This document shows, piece by piece, positions 1-12,909 of a DNA stretch of 64,000 bases (the stretch's first letter is position 1; each line of letters opens with the position of its first letter). The position numbers and the translations under genes are program-made. Origin of the DNA: Mobula hypostoma (taxonomy: Eukaryota); contig NC_086097.1 of the NCBI RefSeq assembly GCF_963921235.1, positions 50,470,001 to 50,534,000 on the forward strand, given 5' to 3'. Under the pieces are notes generated by a model, which searched no databases, was not told where the DNA came from, and worked only from the letters and a program-made list of their open reading frames with translations.

Positions 1-89
1 TGAATGAAGTTAAGAGTGTGTGGAAGTGGGGATAATATGTGCTGTATGTGCAGAACTGAAAATGGGTAAAAGGTTAATTGAAGCAATGA

Positions 90-1050
90 GTAGGGATCAA
101 TGGGTCTTTCCTCAGCTGACAGACTTTTATTGGTGTATTGCAGGGATTAGCACTTAAACCCTAACTATTTTTACTTTAGATCAATGATTTAGAAGAGTGG
201 ACCAGATGTAACACTTCCAAGTTTGCTGTTGATACAAAACCATGTAGGTTTGTGAGTGATGCTATGTAAGGAAAGAGGTTTCAAAGAGATGTACAAACTA
301 AGTGAATCAACAGCATGGCAGATGAAGTACAATATAGAAAAATGTAAGATTATCATCTTTGGTAGTAGTAGGAAATGTTGAGTTTTAAATGGTGAGGGAT
401 TCAAAGAGAAGTGGGAGTCAAAATGCACTTTTCACTTCAGAGCTAACTTGTTGGCACTGAGGAAGGCAATTTGTATCTTGCTACAATTACCTGAGGCCTT
501 GGTGACACTCAGCTGAAGTATTGTAGACTGCTTTAGTCTCTTCACCTGAATATCAATAGGCTTCAGAGCAGGTACAGCAATAATTCACCAGACTAAAAAA
601 TTATATTACATAGATGCTGGAAATCTGAAATAAAAGCAGAAAATGTTGTATACACTCAGCAGGGAGCATCTTATTTTCAGTTGTGGAAGAGTTTGAAACC
701 TGAAACGTTAGCTCTGATTACCAGACTGCTTTGTGTTATATGAGAGTTTCAAAATGCTAAGACTTCCTTGGATTCAAAAGAAAGAGATCGGCTGATGGAA
801 GTATTGAAGATTCTTAGAGCGCACAAAGATAAATATGGTGAGGATGTTTTCCTGGCTGGGAATTCGAGAGCTAGGGTCAGAGGTATTTAAAAGAAAGATA
901 GGATAATTGTAAATTTAGATTAAAATATTTTAACTAGAAGAAAACTTGGTCCCATTGAACATGTTCCACTGGACAAAGGCAATATTATTGGGGTAGTGCC
1001 ATAGTGATGAGCTGTAGATGAAAGGATCTGGCTGATATGTTTATAGAGGG
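90..1050 (+). mobile_element. Old, heavily degraded CR1 LINE 3' part (RT remnant)
   Basis: ccaagtttgctgttgatacaaaa (KFAxDTK-like) near 217-239. Downstream blocks resemble the better CR1 copies in the window. No ORF. Confidence 0.7.
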
Positions 1051-1214
1051 GTTAAGGGGGAACACAGAAAAGGTATGTAAAGCTGTGAAGTGCAGAACTG
1101 GAGGAAATGCACAGCAGCCCAAGCTATGGCATCCTGTCTAACACTGGTACAGTATTCTGCTACAAGTTTACCCATTTATGATAATAACTCACTAATTTCT
1201 CCAAACACTACCTA

Positions 1215-2995
1215 TATCTACTTTCAGAGGTAAGCTAGCTAATAATATAAAAGAAAATACAAAAATAGTTTTTCAGATATATAAGGAGTAAAAGAGAGAT
1301 GAGAATGGATATCACATCACTGAAAGGTGACACTGGAGAGATAGTATTTTGCATCAGTCTTCAGTGAAGAAGACTCTAGCAGAATAACAATGTGAGTGTG
1401 TTTTTGGTGGGTGGGGGAACAGAATTGAGTGTTGTTACTATTACTAAGGAGAAGGTGCTTGGGAAGCTGAGAAGTCTGAAGGTACACCTGGGCCACAAGG
1501 AATATACACCAGGGTTCTGAAAGGGGTAGCTGAAAAGATTGTGGAGGCATTAGTCACGATCTTTCAAGAATCACTAGATTTTGGAATGGTTCTGGAGGAC
1601 TGGAAAATTTTAAATGTCACTTTATTCTAAGAAGGGATGGAGGGAGTCAGAAGGAAGGAAATTATAGGTGAGTTAGCCTGACTTCAGTGGTTGGAAAAAC
1701 AGTGGAGTCTTATTAAGGATTTGATGTTGGGGTTACTTGAGGCACATGATAAAATTGGCCAAAGTCAGCATGGTTTTCTAAAGGGGAAAATCTTGCCTGA
1801 CAAATCTGTTGGAATTCTTTGAAGAAATAACAGGCAGGATGGACAAAGGAATTAGTGGATGTTGTTAATTTGGATTTTCAGAAGGCCTTTAACAAGGTGT
1901 CGCACATGAGGCTGCTTAACAAAAAGCCCAAGGTATTATGGGAAAGGAAATGCATAGAAAATTGGCTGACTGGCCGGAGCCAACCAGGGAGAATAAAGTG
2001 GAGTCTTTTCTGATTGGCTGCTGGTGACAAGTGGTGTACTGCAAGGGCCAGTGTTGGGACCGCTGCTTTTCACGTTATGTGTCAATGATTTAGGCGAAGG
2101 AATTGATGGCTTTGTGGGCAAGTTTGTGGGTGATACAAATGTAGTTGAAGGACAGGTTGTCTACAGGACAGACAGTTTGGGGAATGGGAAAGGTGTGACA
2201 GATGGAATATAATTTAGGGAAGTGTATGGTCAGGCACTTTTGCAGAAGGAATAAAGGCATGGACTATTTTCTAAATGGAAAAAAATCAAAGGTGCAAAGG
2301 GACTTGGATTCCTCATGCTGGATTCCCTAAAGGTTAACTTGCACGTTGAGCCATTGGTGAGGAAGGCAAATGCAGTGTTAGCATTCATTTCAAGAGGACT
2401 AGAATACGAAAAACAAGGATATAATGCTGAGGCTTTAAGTTATTGGTGAGTCTACACTTGGAGTATTGTGAGCAGTTTTGGGCCTCTTATCTAAGAAAGA
2501 AAGTGCTGGCATGGGAGAGGGTCCAGAGGAAGTTCATGAGAATGATCCCACTAATGAAAAGATCAACATGAGTTGCTCTGGGGCCTGCACTCTGGAGTTT
2601 TAAAAGAATGGGGGGGGGGTGGGCAGCAGATCTCGTTGAACCTATTGAATAGAAGGTCTGAATACAGTGGATGTGGAGAGGATATTTTCAATACAGGGGG
2701 AGTCTAGGACCAGAGGGCACAGCGTCAGAATTGAGGAACATCCACTAAGAACAGAAGTGAGGAAAAACTTCTTTAGCCAGAGGGTGGTGAATCTGTGGAA
2801 TTCCTCAGCTATGCAAGTCAAGTCATTGGGTATTTTTAAGGCAGAGGTTGATGGGGGTTCTTGATTAATGAGGGTGTCAAAGGTGACAGGGAGAAGGCAG
2901 GAGAATGAGGGATAATAAATCGGCCATAATGGAATGGCAGAGCAGACTTGCTGGGTTGAATGATCTAATTCTGCTCCCTGGTCTTGTGGTTTTAC
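1215..2995 (+). mobile_element. 5'-truncated, degraded CR1 LINE (RT region to 3' tail)
   Basis: ORF fragments SGVLQGPVLGPLLF...KFVGDT and SRTRGHSVRI...RKNFFSQRVVNLWNS. CR1-type 3' end ctaattctgctcc...tcttgtggt near 2965-2990. Confidence 0.92.
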
Positions 2996-3184
2996 ATGTG
3001 CAGGGCATTTCCAGGATGCACCATTTAGCTTCTGATTTTAGCAATAGCTCTGATCTGTATTTCTCAGCCTTAATATTGCAATTTGTTTGCTTTGTCTTTC
3101 ATTAGTTGTCCTCTTCAGTCTACTTTTCAGCTCCATTAACCATGGGATCACCTTGGCAACCTGGATTTCATTCTGCTAAGTATC

Positions 3185-3480
3185 ACGTAAAGTTTATTGT
3201 CATTTATATAACATATATAACCATATAATGTATGTAGAAACGAGACAACATTTGTTTGAGCTAGGGTATAAAATACAGTAGTACCCATAATACATGATAA
3301 CTTTTGAAGGTACAGTTAAAATCTACAGATGAATCACACGTAAGTAACAAACTAAAGTGCATTAATTTTAAATGTTGGAAGGTAAGGAACAGATTAACCA
3401 GTGACACTTTGAATATGATCCGTCTGGGAGTTCAGGAGCCTAATACCCTGGGGGAAGAAACTTCCTCATCATTCCTTGTG
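3185..3480 (-). mobile_element. Rex1/Babar-like non-LTR 3' fragment
   Basis: aagtttattgtca tail (AATAAA on minus) and a gttcaggagcct...ggggaagaaac block typical of this family's 3' end. Recognised from memory. Confidence 0.5.
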
Positions 3481-3802
3481 CTATCCATCCATTTCTGTGA
3501 CCTAAAACTAATTAGTTCTCTCACTTCTGTACAGAGTTAACCTAAAGACTATTTTTCTGCATATCCTTCAAGTGTTTGCAACAATTCTTAATTCACTACC
3601 TGCAAGCTTTTGGTTTTCAGTTGCTTTTGGTTCTTTGGTTTATCAATAATTTTCAAAGTTGACGCTTTTCCTAAACTGGATTTTACTTTTGAAGTAGTGG
3701 AAAAATCGTGTCAATATTGACTGACAATTCTGCATGAATTGTTCCATTGATGGGTTGAATTTTTAAATAAACTTCCAAATTTGTACAAACTACATTTTGC
3801 AG

Positions 3803-3842
3803 GTGAATATCAAGCGAAGCTATTCCTGCAACAAACATACAG
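3803..3842 (+). CDS. Candidate 40-nt penultimate exon of an unidentified host gene
   Basis: Acceptor cattttgcag| and donor ag|gtattt in repeat-free sequence. Open in two frames: (x)EYQAKLFLQQTY(R/S) or VNIKRSYSCNKHT. Confidence 0.5.
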
Positions 3843-4680
3843 GTATTTCCATGAATTAACTCTCACAGTGTAAATTAGTTTTGTTTTTCAAATAAGTGTC
3901 TGGTATATGCTGAATTATTAACCAGCTACAGCTTAGCATTGCACAGCCTGAGAACAATAGGGTTGATTCATTCAAGTGGAAGATGCTATTCAGTGCATTG
4001 TTTTTTTTCTTCCCTTTATCTTACAGAGTTGCATATTGATTGTTAAGAAGTATTTTGTATTATGAACATAACTGATTTCACATTTGTAACAAGCCATCCC
4101 TAGATCTTGATCCCACTTAGGGCTGGGGCAGTAAGTGGGATGATCAAATGTTATAAATGATAACTTTGAGGCAGTGCTGCCACTATATCTGTTTACACTG
4201 CAGAGATGGTATTAATAATATTCTACTTTGGTTTTTATCACCCAAATACAAATCTTTACCCAGCTGAATAGCGATTACTTTTAATATACTCTACCAATTC
4301 TTGCTTTTAGGACAAGTGTCTTTTGAGATTAGAAACCAAACCAGTAGAGGAAATTATCAGGATTTCATGTGCATACAACATTCTTATTTTTGTACATTTT
4401 ACAGCTTTTGTATTTAACAGGTAACACTTAATATTGTACATCTTTAAAACTTGCATTATATTATCAAATATGCTGACTATACAATGTGATTCAGATGAGG
4501 AAACATTTTAAGTTTTGGGATGTGCATACTGTACAGTATTTATTTTGGCAAGTGGGGGCTGTATGTTGTGATTGATCTGAATGGCTGTGGTCTCTGTCTA
4601 CCAGTCTTTTCATAGAGCGCTCATACTTGTTAATTTTCACTTGCATTCTTCAGTTATTAATCCAGCAATGAAACTCTAAA

Positions 4681-4882
4681 TTAGCCAGCCTGTGGTCTAG
4701 TGGCATTGCAACGGACTTTTGAGGTGAGTGGTGCCAGGTTTGAATCCGGCCGGCTCCTTGCATGCTTTCCATCCCTGCTGGGCTGAGCGTTGAGCTAGCA
4801 ACTCGGCCTTGTAAAAAAAAAAAAGATGAAATGGTAAGGTTGCTGCCTGATGCACCAGAAGGTGCGGAAAGGAATAACAATA
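4681..4882 (+). mobile_element. tRNA-derived SINE
   Basis: Pol III A-box-like tggtctagtgg and B-box-like ggtttgaatcc. Flanked by near-duplicate aaactctaaa (4671-4680) and aaactctgaa (4883-4892). Confidence 0.75.
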
Positions 4883-5326
4883 AAACTCTGAAGAGTAACA
4901 TGAGAAAATATTTATCTGTAAACATCTGAAGATCAAGGAAGTACCTGTAGCCATTAATCATATAAAAGAGAAAATTGTTGGCAAGGTTGACAGTGTAGAA
5001 ATATTTTAAAGATCTGGCATATGGTTTAATGGCACAAACCATTTACAAATTTTGATTTGTACCCATGAACATTTTTGATTGTATTCATGAATGAAAGATC
5101 TTGAATCCCTCATGTAGTGACGAGGAGATTGTATTTTCATATGGTATTAATGTTCCATCCAACAACCAATATTCTCCTATCACCTTGTGCATTTAAAAGC
5201 AACTTAGTACCTTGCTGATGCATCTAACGTTATCATTATACATGCGAAATGATATTTAGCAAACTCTAATATTTTCAAACTTTAAACATCTTTTAGATTC
5301 AGTTTGAACTGGTCTACCTACGACAT

Positions 5327-5357
5327 ACATATATATATATACACACACACACACACA
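5327..5357. repeat. (TA)n(CA)n microsatellite
   Basis: Directly visible dinucleotide runs. Confidence 0.95.
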
Positions 5358-6504
5358 ACTTTTAAAATTAATAAATCAGTATTCTCTAAAGTGATTGAAA
5401 CTGAAAATATTTTGTTGGAATTATGCACTCAGTTTCCACAAAATTAGATTGTTTTCATTCTCTGGAGTCAGGAACAGGTTTCACCAATTAATGTAGTTCA
5501 GGAGTTGGAGGTGACCTTGCAACTAACTTGTTCTGCAGGCACAGTTAAGCTAGTAATCATTAGACAGCTTGCAAGGGGAAAAAGAAACTTGTTCCTAGCT
5601 TATTTGTGAAAGGTGATATCTTTTAGAATAGACCATGTGATTGGATATGTCAAGTTTTTCCACTATGTATAATTCAGTGAAAATCTTTTAATTTTCTTTG
5701 GCTGCATCAAAAAAAACCAGATTTGTACAGAACGCATGAAAAGATTAAGTTCCTGTAATTTAGGAGATTGATTGCTTTTCTTTTGGCCTTATTGAATATG
5801 TATACGGAGCCAGATTTGCACTCAGATAAGTGAATTACAGGATTCTGTTTAAAATGTTCATTGATACAAGTATTCTGTGATTAACATATTATCGCTGGCT
5901 TTCAATACTGGAGCTTGAAAAAAAACCCAACTTTAGTCATGTTGCATCTCCATGTTCACTGAAGTACATGGAATTTAATTTGAAAATATAATGTTAAGTT
6001 GAACAGTCTGTCATCACCTTACACCACCTTACTCTATGTTATTCTGTTTGAATATCACATTTTTGTTGCTAACTTCTACCTTCTCCCTCTGTTTGCACCC
6101 TCTCCTGCCAAAAGGAAGGTATGTCCTTGTTTATATTTCAAACTTCAGCAAAGTACAACAGAGTTATGACAGATGATGTCCTGGAGAATCAACATCCCAA
6201 GATGTCAACCAGCAGATTTGATCCCTTTTAAAAATAAAAGGAACGAATGTGTACTCCTTATTCAAGCGTCCTTATGTTAATGGAAATTGAAAGCAGTGAG
6301 CTGACTGATAATTTGTGTAGGTTTCATGCGATGCATTACAAATTGGATTACTGAACAACAACTGTGGTAATTTGTTCTGATTACTCTAATGAAATGTGTT
6401 GCATGTTTTAGAAATACTGTGATTAAATGCAAAACAATTAAATGTAAGATCACAGCTTCCTTGCACCCACATCTGAGTTCCATTCCCACCGTGACACTGA
6501 CACT

Positions 6505-8425
6505 GAGCTCTTCTTCCACCGCCTCTAATCCTACTTCTTTAGCCAGCCCGTACTGATGACCCCTTCTCCCATCTTCAACCCTCCTCCTCCTCCTGGATAC
6601 CCCACTCTGATCTTCTGCCAGCTCAGGATCATTTCATTGCTAAGTGATGATCAGCCATCAACTGTCTAGACTTCAGCACTCCTCTCTCCATTTCTAACCT
6701 CACTCCTCGCTAAAGCACTGCTCTCCACTCTCTGCACTAATCCTAACCTCACCATCAAACCAGTAGATAAGGGAGGTGCTGTAGTAGTCTGGTGGATTGA
6801 CCTCTGAGGTCAAGCAACAACTCTCAGCCACCACGTCTTACTTACCCCTTGGACAGGACCCTACTAAGGAGCAGCAGGCCATTGTTACCCGCACCATCAC
6901 TGACCTTATTAACTCTGGGATATCCCATCCACTGCCACCAACCTCAGTTCCCTCACCCCACACCTCCCATTTCCACCTCCTACCCAAGATCCACAAACCT
7001 TTTTGTCCAGGTAGACCCATTGTTTCTGCTTGTTCTTACCCCACCGAACTTGTATCTGCATACCTCGGCTCTGTTTTACTCCCCTGATTTAGTCCTTTCC
7101 TATTGACATCCGTGACACTTCACGTACTTTTGATCTTTTCAATTACTTCAATTTCCCTGGCCCAGATGATCTCATTTTCACCATGGATGTCCACTCCCTA
7201 TACACCTCCATTCTCCCATCAGGAATGCCTCAAAGCTCTCTGCTTCCTTCTGGACACCAGATGCGACCAGTTCCCCTCCACCACCGCTCTCCTTCGTTTG
7301 GCAGAACTGGTCATCGCTCTCAATAATTTCTCTTTTGGCTCCTCCCATTTCCTTCAAACAAAAAGCGTAGCCATGGACACACGCATGGGTCCCCACTATG
7401 CCTACCTTTTTGTCAGGTATGTGGAACAGTCCATTCCAAGACTATACCAGTATCACTCCCTAACTTTTGCAACACTACATTGACTGCATTGGTGCTACTT
7501 CCTGCACCCATGCAGAACTCAGAGATTTTGCCTCCAACTGACATCCTGCTGTCAAATTTACCAGGTTTGTTTCTGATTCGTCCCTCCCCTTCCTTGATCT
7601 CTTTCCATCTCTGGAGACAGTTTGTTTGCTGATCTTTTATAAACCCACTGATTCTCACAGGTACCTGGACAAACCTCTTCCCACCCTGTCACTTGTAAAA
7701 ATGCCAGCTCCTCTCTCAATTCCTCCATCTCCACTGCATTTGCTCTCAGGATGAGGCTTTTCATTCCAGAACTAATGAGATGGCTGCCGCCTTCAAAAAA
7801 GGGCTTCCCTCCCTCCAGCATCAACACTGCCCTCAGCTGCATCTCTTCCATTTCACGCACGTCTGTCCATCCTGCCACCCCACCAGGGCTAGGGTTCCTC
7901 TTGTCCTCACCTACCACCCCACCAGCCTTCGCGTCCAACACACAACCATCCATAACTTCTACTATCTCCAGTGGGATCCATCACCACCAAATACATCTTT
8001 CCCTCTCCCCTCTTTCTGCAGGAATAGCTTGCTACGTGACTCCCTTCTCCCGTTTGTCTCTCCCCACTGATCTTCCTGGCACTTATCCTTGCAAGCAGAC
8101 CAAGTGCCAGATCTGCCCCTCCACCTCCTCCCTCACTACAATTCATGGGCCCAAACAGTCCTCCTAGATGAGGTGACACTTCACCTGTGAGTCTGTTGGG
8201 GTCATATCTTGTGTCCTGTGTATTGGAGACCCAACATAGATTGGGAGACCGCTTTGCCAAGCACCTGCACTTCATCCGCCAGAAAAAGTGGGATCTCCTA
8301 GTGGCCACCCATTTCAACTCCACTTCCTATTCCATTCCAACATGTCAGTCCACGGTCATTTCTACAGCCACAATGAGTCCAGACTCCGATTGGAGGGGCA
8401 ACGGCTATTCCGTTTGCACACACAT
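6505..8425 (+). mobile_element. Penelope-like element, degraded RT plus GIY-YIG endonuclease; 3' terminal repeat absent
   Basis: Frameshifted motifs KPVDKGGAVVVW, FHLLPKIHK..CPGRPIVSACS, LAELVIALNNFSF..QTKSVAMDTRMGPHYA, and ETQHRLGDRFAKHL..VATHFNS. Confidence 0.93.
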
Positions 8426-9119
8426 GGATTGCTGTTGCCTTTGCTTGCCTCTTTATTGTTTGCGATGAAAGTTCACCACAATTCACTGCAAAAAAAAATG
8501 TTATTGGTAGTGTTTCAATCAAATTACTTTGCTTTCGAAGTACCAGTAAGCTGTTGCACACCTTTGGTAGTGCCACCTTAAACCAGTCATTTTGAAAACT
8601 AGATGGAGTATTAGTGTAATAGTATAGATTAGTATTTTGTAGTCAGAGTTCCATACAATGGAAGATACTGAGATCTGGGTTGGAATTTTGTTAGGACCAC
8701 AATTCCATTTGGCTGAAGTTTGAACTGAATTCAGGTATTCTTTATCTTAATGACACATTTCAAAAGGAGAAATGTTTCTTTTCTGATTTATCATGCAGCA
8801 GGGCAATTAAATTTCTATAAACGCCTTTCTGTCCTTGGTGGTGGTGTATACAAATGCCTATGTCTGTAAATAGTAGACTTGAATCTCCAGGGTGCACTGA
8901 CATGTTGCATTGTTAACTACAACTGTTCTGACATTAAAGGTTCTACAAAAGGTTTTGAAATTTATAAGAGCATTACATAAGCACTCATTAATCTTTTAAT
9001 TGTTTTCTGAAACCTATTTAAAATGCCTTCTTTCAATGTGGATATATTTCTATATAAATTGTCTGACATGCAACATTGCAGCTTTTTGAAGCCAAACGTT
9101 TTAGGAGTTCTGGCAGTCT

Positions 9120-9660
9120 TTATTTATTACACGTCCATCGAAAATGCATTGAAATGTGCTATTTGCATTAACAACCAGTACAACTTAGGGATGTGCAGAG
9201 GGCAGCCTGCGAGTGTTGCCATACAGCAACATGTTCAGCAGAACGACATAAGCAATGACACATAAGAGCAGCAAAGCAAAACCAGTCCCCTCACTCCCCC
9301 CCTCCCCTCCCTCTCTCCCTCCCTCACACATGTTTCCGACTGCAGGAGAGGCTGTGTCTGGGCCTCTAGCCTCCAGTCCCTGGCCCAGACATGGAGCCTC
9401 CGACTTCCAGGCCTCAACCATCAGGCCTCGACTTCTGGACTCACCAACTTCGACCTTCAGCTTTCAGGCTGCTACCTTCGGTAGCGACCCCAGGACTCGA
9501 TCACGACTTTGAACTCCAGACTCGCGTGGATCCCCAATCTCAGGACACACTGACCTTTGGCGGGGGGGGTGAGGGGGTATCACTGGCCCTCATCCCTCCT
9601 GCTTGCAAGGACCTCCAATTCCTAGGACTTGCTGACCTTGGGTTAGTTGCATCTTTCCAG
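9120..9660 (-). mobile_element. Non-autonomous retro-repeat: GC-richer body with a 3' tail shared with the SINE at 60070-60350
   Basis: tttatt...gaaatgtgctatttgcattaa...ggcagcctgcgagtgttgcc matches 60081-60165. Confidence 0.55.
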
Positions 9661-11519
9661 GAAGTACCAAACTGTTTAATGTTATTGTCTGCCTGATTAT
9701 ATGTATGGAAAATGTAGATCCTTGATAATCATATCAAATGTTAACTGACATTTGAGAGCTGTTTAGCTTGGAGGCATCAATAGAGTGGTAGTGGGGGAGA
9801 AACTCAAATAGCTAAAAAGCTGGCCAAGTGCATGCTAGATTCTAAATAAACAATACCAGTTGGAAACATGACACTTGCAAATCATCAGTGTGTATAAATA
9901 GAACTGTAAATCTTTAAAGTCAGTTTTAACAGTAGAGCTAATTGGTTGGTGGATTCAAGAGCCCTACGTATTGGTTGATTTGAACAGGTTGGTATGTTTA
10001 AAAGTAAGTTTGGTTGCCAAGATACAAAATAATCCAATATGGTAACCTGTGTAATTATAAATACTGAATTTAAGTGCTGTGTTACTGACCTTAAACTTAA
10101 TTATCCAGATGTTCAATTAAATGGCTTAAGTTTGAGCTTGTAAAGTTAGCAAAAGAAATAGGGTTTATGTAAATCCAATTTAGCATAGTAGCAGTTCAGT
10201 TAAATATTGCTTGTGAGTTAATTTTTTAAAAAAAGAACAAGCTCAATCTCTCCTTCGAACTTCAATTACTTTAAATTTAAAGATTTGATATGTAATTGTG
10301 CTAATATGGGTTTCAATATGGTTTCCTGACATGGCCTAATAGCACTGTTTGGAAGGCTTTTTATTTGTAATAGCAATTTTCTTTGTATATTGTTTTCAGT
10401 CATGCATGTAAATGTTTCTATGACCTCTTACAAATACAAGCTCCTTGTGTTTGACAATAGTGGTACCCCTGTGGATTGGATATGTAATTGATTCTGCATG
10501 ATTACTTGTAGACTATCAAAGTACAGCTGTTTATGTATCAGAAATAACTTAAACACCTTGTATATTAAACTTTAATGATTGGAAATTGCAACATTATCCC
10601 CTTTTGAGGATGTTAAACTACTAGTTATACCTACTATGAGGATTTAGTATGGCAAAAGGAGGATTGTTTTGCTTCCACTTGGAAAATTTCGTTGGTATTA
10701 AAAATAATTTCTTGCACATACTGTTGCAAAGTATTTACGCAATTGTTTATAAATATCATAAACAGCTGATTTATTTTCTAATTCTGCTTACTATACAGCT
10801 TTTTAATAAATTTGTCATAAGTGTGCATTTTATTCAAGTGCCATTAATAGTAAAATGTTTTTAAACTGTAATCAGGAATAAACACAAAAATAGATGTGTC
10901 ACTTGCTGATGACATGGCCCAGGAGAACACTAGTGGTGCTCATTGTTTGTACAAAAATTCAAGCTGCTTTGTGGAAATACATTCTCATTATTTTGAGGAA
11001 GGGAGAAATTTTCACCCCATTCAGTATATTTCTCATACAAAATAGTAAAATAGATTATGTAGTCATTCACTGGTTTGTTTTAGTGTTTTTGGAGTCCTAA
11101 AAGTGACTTGAAAGATTCTATAACTACAAGTCTTTCTCTTCATTTGCTTGACAGTAGTGGAGGTGAGTTGAGCTCGTATTAGCTGTACTTTGTAAATTTG
11201 CAATCTAATTTTGATTTTTTAATTCTAATTTTATATTGAGTTGAGAGACACGGGTCAAGCTGTTTATCACTAATTTTTAGTTTTATTTTACTCTATCTTT
11301 CTATTGCTGAGACGATTTTTAACGTTGGTTCCCCTGAGCATCTTGCTTTAAGAAGTTAAGGCCAAACAATATTAACTAGCACTTGCAAAATTTGTTGGGG
11401 GTGGGGAAGGAGAGGACTATTGCAATTAGTGTAAAATAGCAGCATAGCCAAGACAAACTGTTTCAGGATTGAATTTCCACTGTTGGTACGGTGGAAGAAA
11501 TATTCCCAATGTGCCATTA

Positions 11520-11740
11520 GGTGGGAGCTGGTACTGCTGCTACCTCAACTTCAAGCTAACTTCAGTGCTGTCTGTATAGAATTTGCACTGTCTCCTTGTG
11601 GGTTTCCCTCAGGAACTCTAGTTTTCTTCCACATTTGAAAGGTGTGCAGACTGGTTGGTAAATTACCCCAGTATAGATGGTGGTTTGAGAATTGAGGGTG
11701 TAGAGAAAGGTGTGTCAGAAAGAATAATCGTGACACAGCT
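11520..11740 (+). mobile_element. V-SINE (degraded)
   Basis: V-domain-like tgtgggtttccctcaggaactctagttttcttccacatttgaaaggtgtgc. Confidence 0.7.
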
Positions 11741-12909
11741 AGAATGTTCAGGCTATTTGCAAAACAAAGCAAATCTTTCTGATAAATATAGAAAGTTGGG
11801 TTGGTTAGAGCTTGTGCCTGAGAAGTAACGCCACCGACTTCCCACCATAGTGAGTGTAAATGAGCTGATCTAAATTGTTCCAGAAGGTCTCTCCTATTAC
11901 ACCTACATAGATTTTTCTTTTAACAGGATTGTTAAACCAAACCATTATATTATTGAACAAGAAAGTTGCCTAACAAAACCAATTTAAAAACAAAACAGCT
12001 TTGAACTTTTGTATGCAGTCTTTAAGGTGTTTCTTCTACAGCTAATGAAGTGTGTGTGAAATCTGCGGCATGTTCGAAATATTAAACTAAGTGACAACTA
12101 AACTCCTCGGCTTTCAGTTAGATTGATTGAAGAAAAAATGTCAGCCATGGGCCAGTTTCCAAAATGGATAGTTTAACCTTTTATTTTGAAGTTCCTGCTA
12201 CAAACCAGGAGTATCAGCTTGGGGTTTTTATGTTCACACAACTCTCCCCTATACTTAACACCTACCGACACCGAGATACATACAAGTGACAACTAACACA
12301 AGTTAATTTCTCAGCACTGGGACACTAGAACTGCTTGTTTGAGAGTATTTGTAAATGATGCAAATTTTTTTACTTTGTAATATTTTCCTTTTTACTAATG
12401 ACTAAATTCTGCCCTTAAGGATCTCGGGTGACAAATTTTGTTTTTTTGCTTATTTTCTTGGCTAAATAGTTGATTAACACAGACAAGCTGTGCAGATACT
12501 TTGCTCAGTTCTTTTGTGCTGCTTATTTCACAGTGATTAGAAAAATGACGCATTCAGAAGAAAATTGTGCTAAGCATGTAGTTTTTACTTGTGACTAATG
12601 CCCATCAGCTTTGAGGTCCTGCAAAGTCAGTATAAATAGTGCTTATGCCAGGGATGTATTTAAGGGAGGAGGATGCAAACAGCAAGCCATAAGCTTGATA
12701 GAAGTTATGTTAACCTCTTGAAAATCACCCCACCAACCACTGCAAGTAGTTAAATTTCAGGAGAAGTCTGATAACTACTTCAAGAGAGGAGGAAAGAAAG
12801 AATCACAAAGTTCTCACAGAATGCTGTATATAAACTTGTTCACAAAAAATTGCTTAAATGCAACATGTAACCTCCATTGTGTGAATATGTACACCCACCA
12901 ACCCCCAAA

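Larger units (their letters stand above)
4027..6240 (+). other. Candidate terminal exon / 3'UTR of a + strand gene
   Basis: Strong acceptor ttttttttcttccctttatcttacag| at 4026 gives ...YRVAY-stop (TGA 4037-4039). A second acceptor at 4310 gives ...YRTSVF-stop. About 2 kb of AT-rich, TE-poor sequence follows, ending at AATAAA near 6233. Confidence 0.45.

Noticed and set aside
591..735. Further hammerhead copies here and near 24140, 34155, 43335, 44490, 50955 and 54000
   Set aside because: They appear to be old relatives of the same repeat, but their catalytic cores are decayed or absent.
4190..4540. miRNA seed matches (TGTTTACA, ATACTGTA, CAGTATT) in the putative UTR
   Set aside because: Not distinguishable from chance in AT-rich DNA without conservation data.
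4746..4810. HDV-like ribozyme in the tRNA-derived SINE (GGCCGGC-UCCUUGC)
   Set aside because: No convincing P1 helix could be built, and a simple hairpin explains the complementarity.
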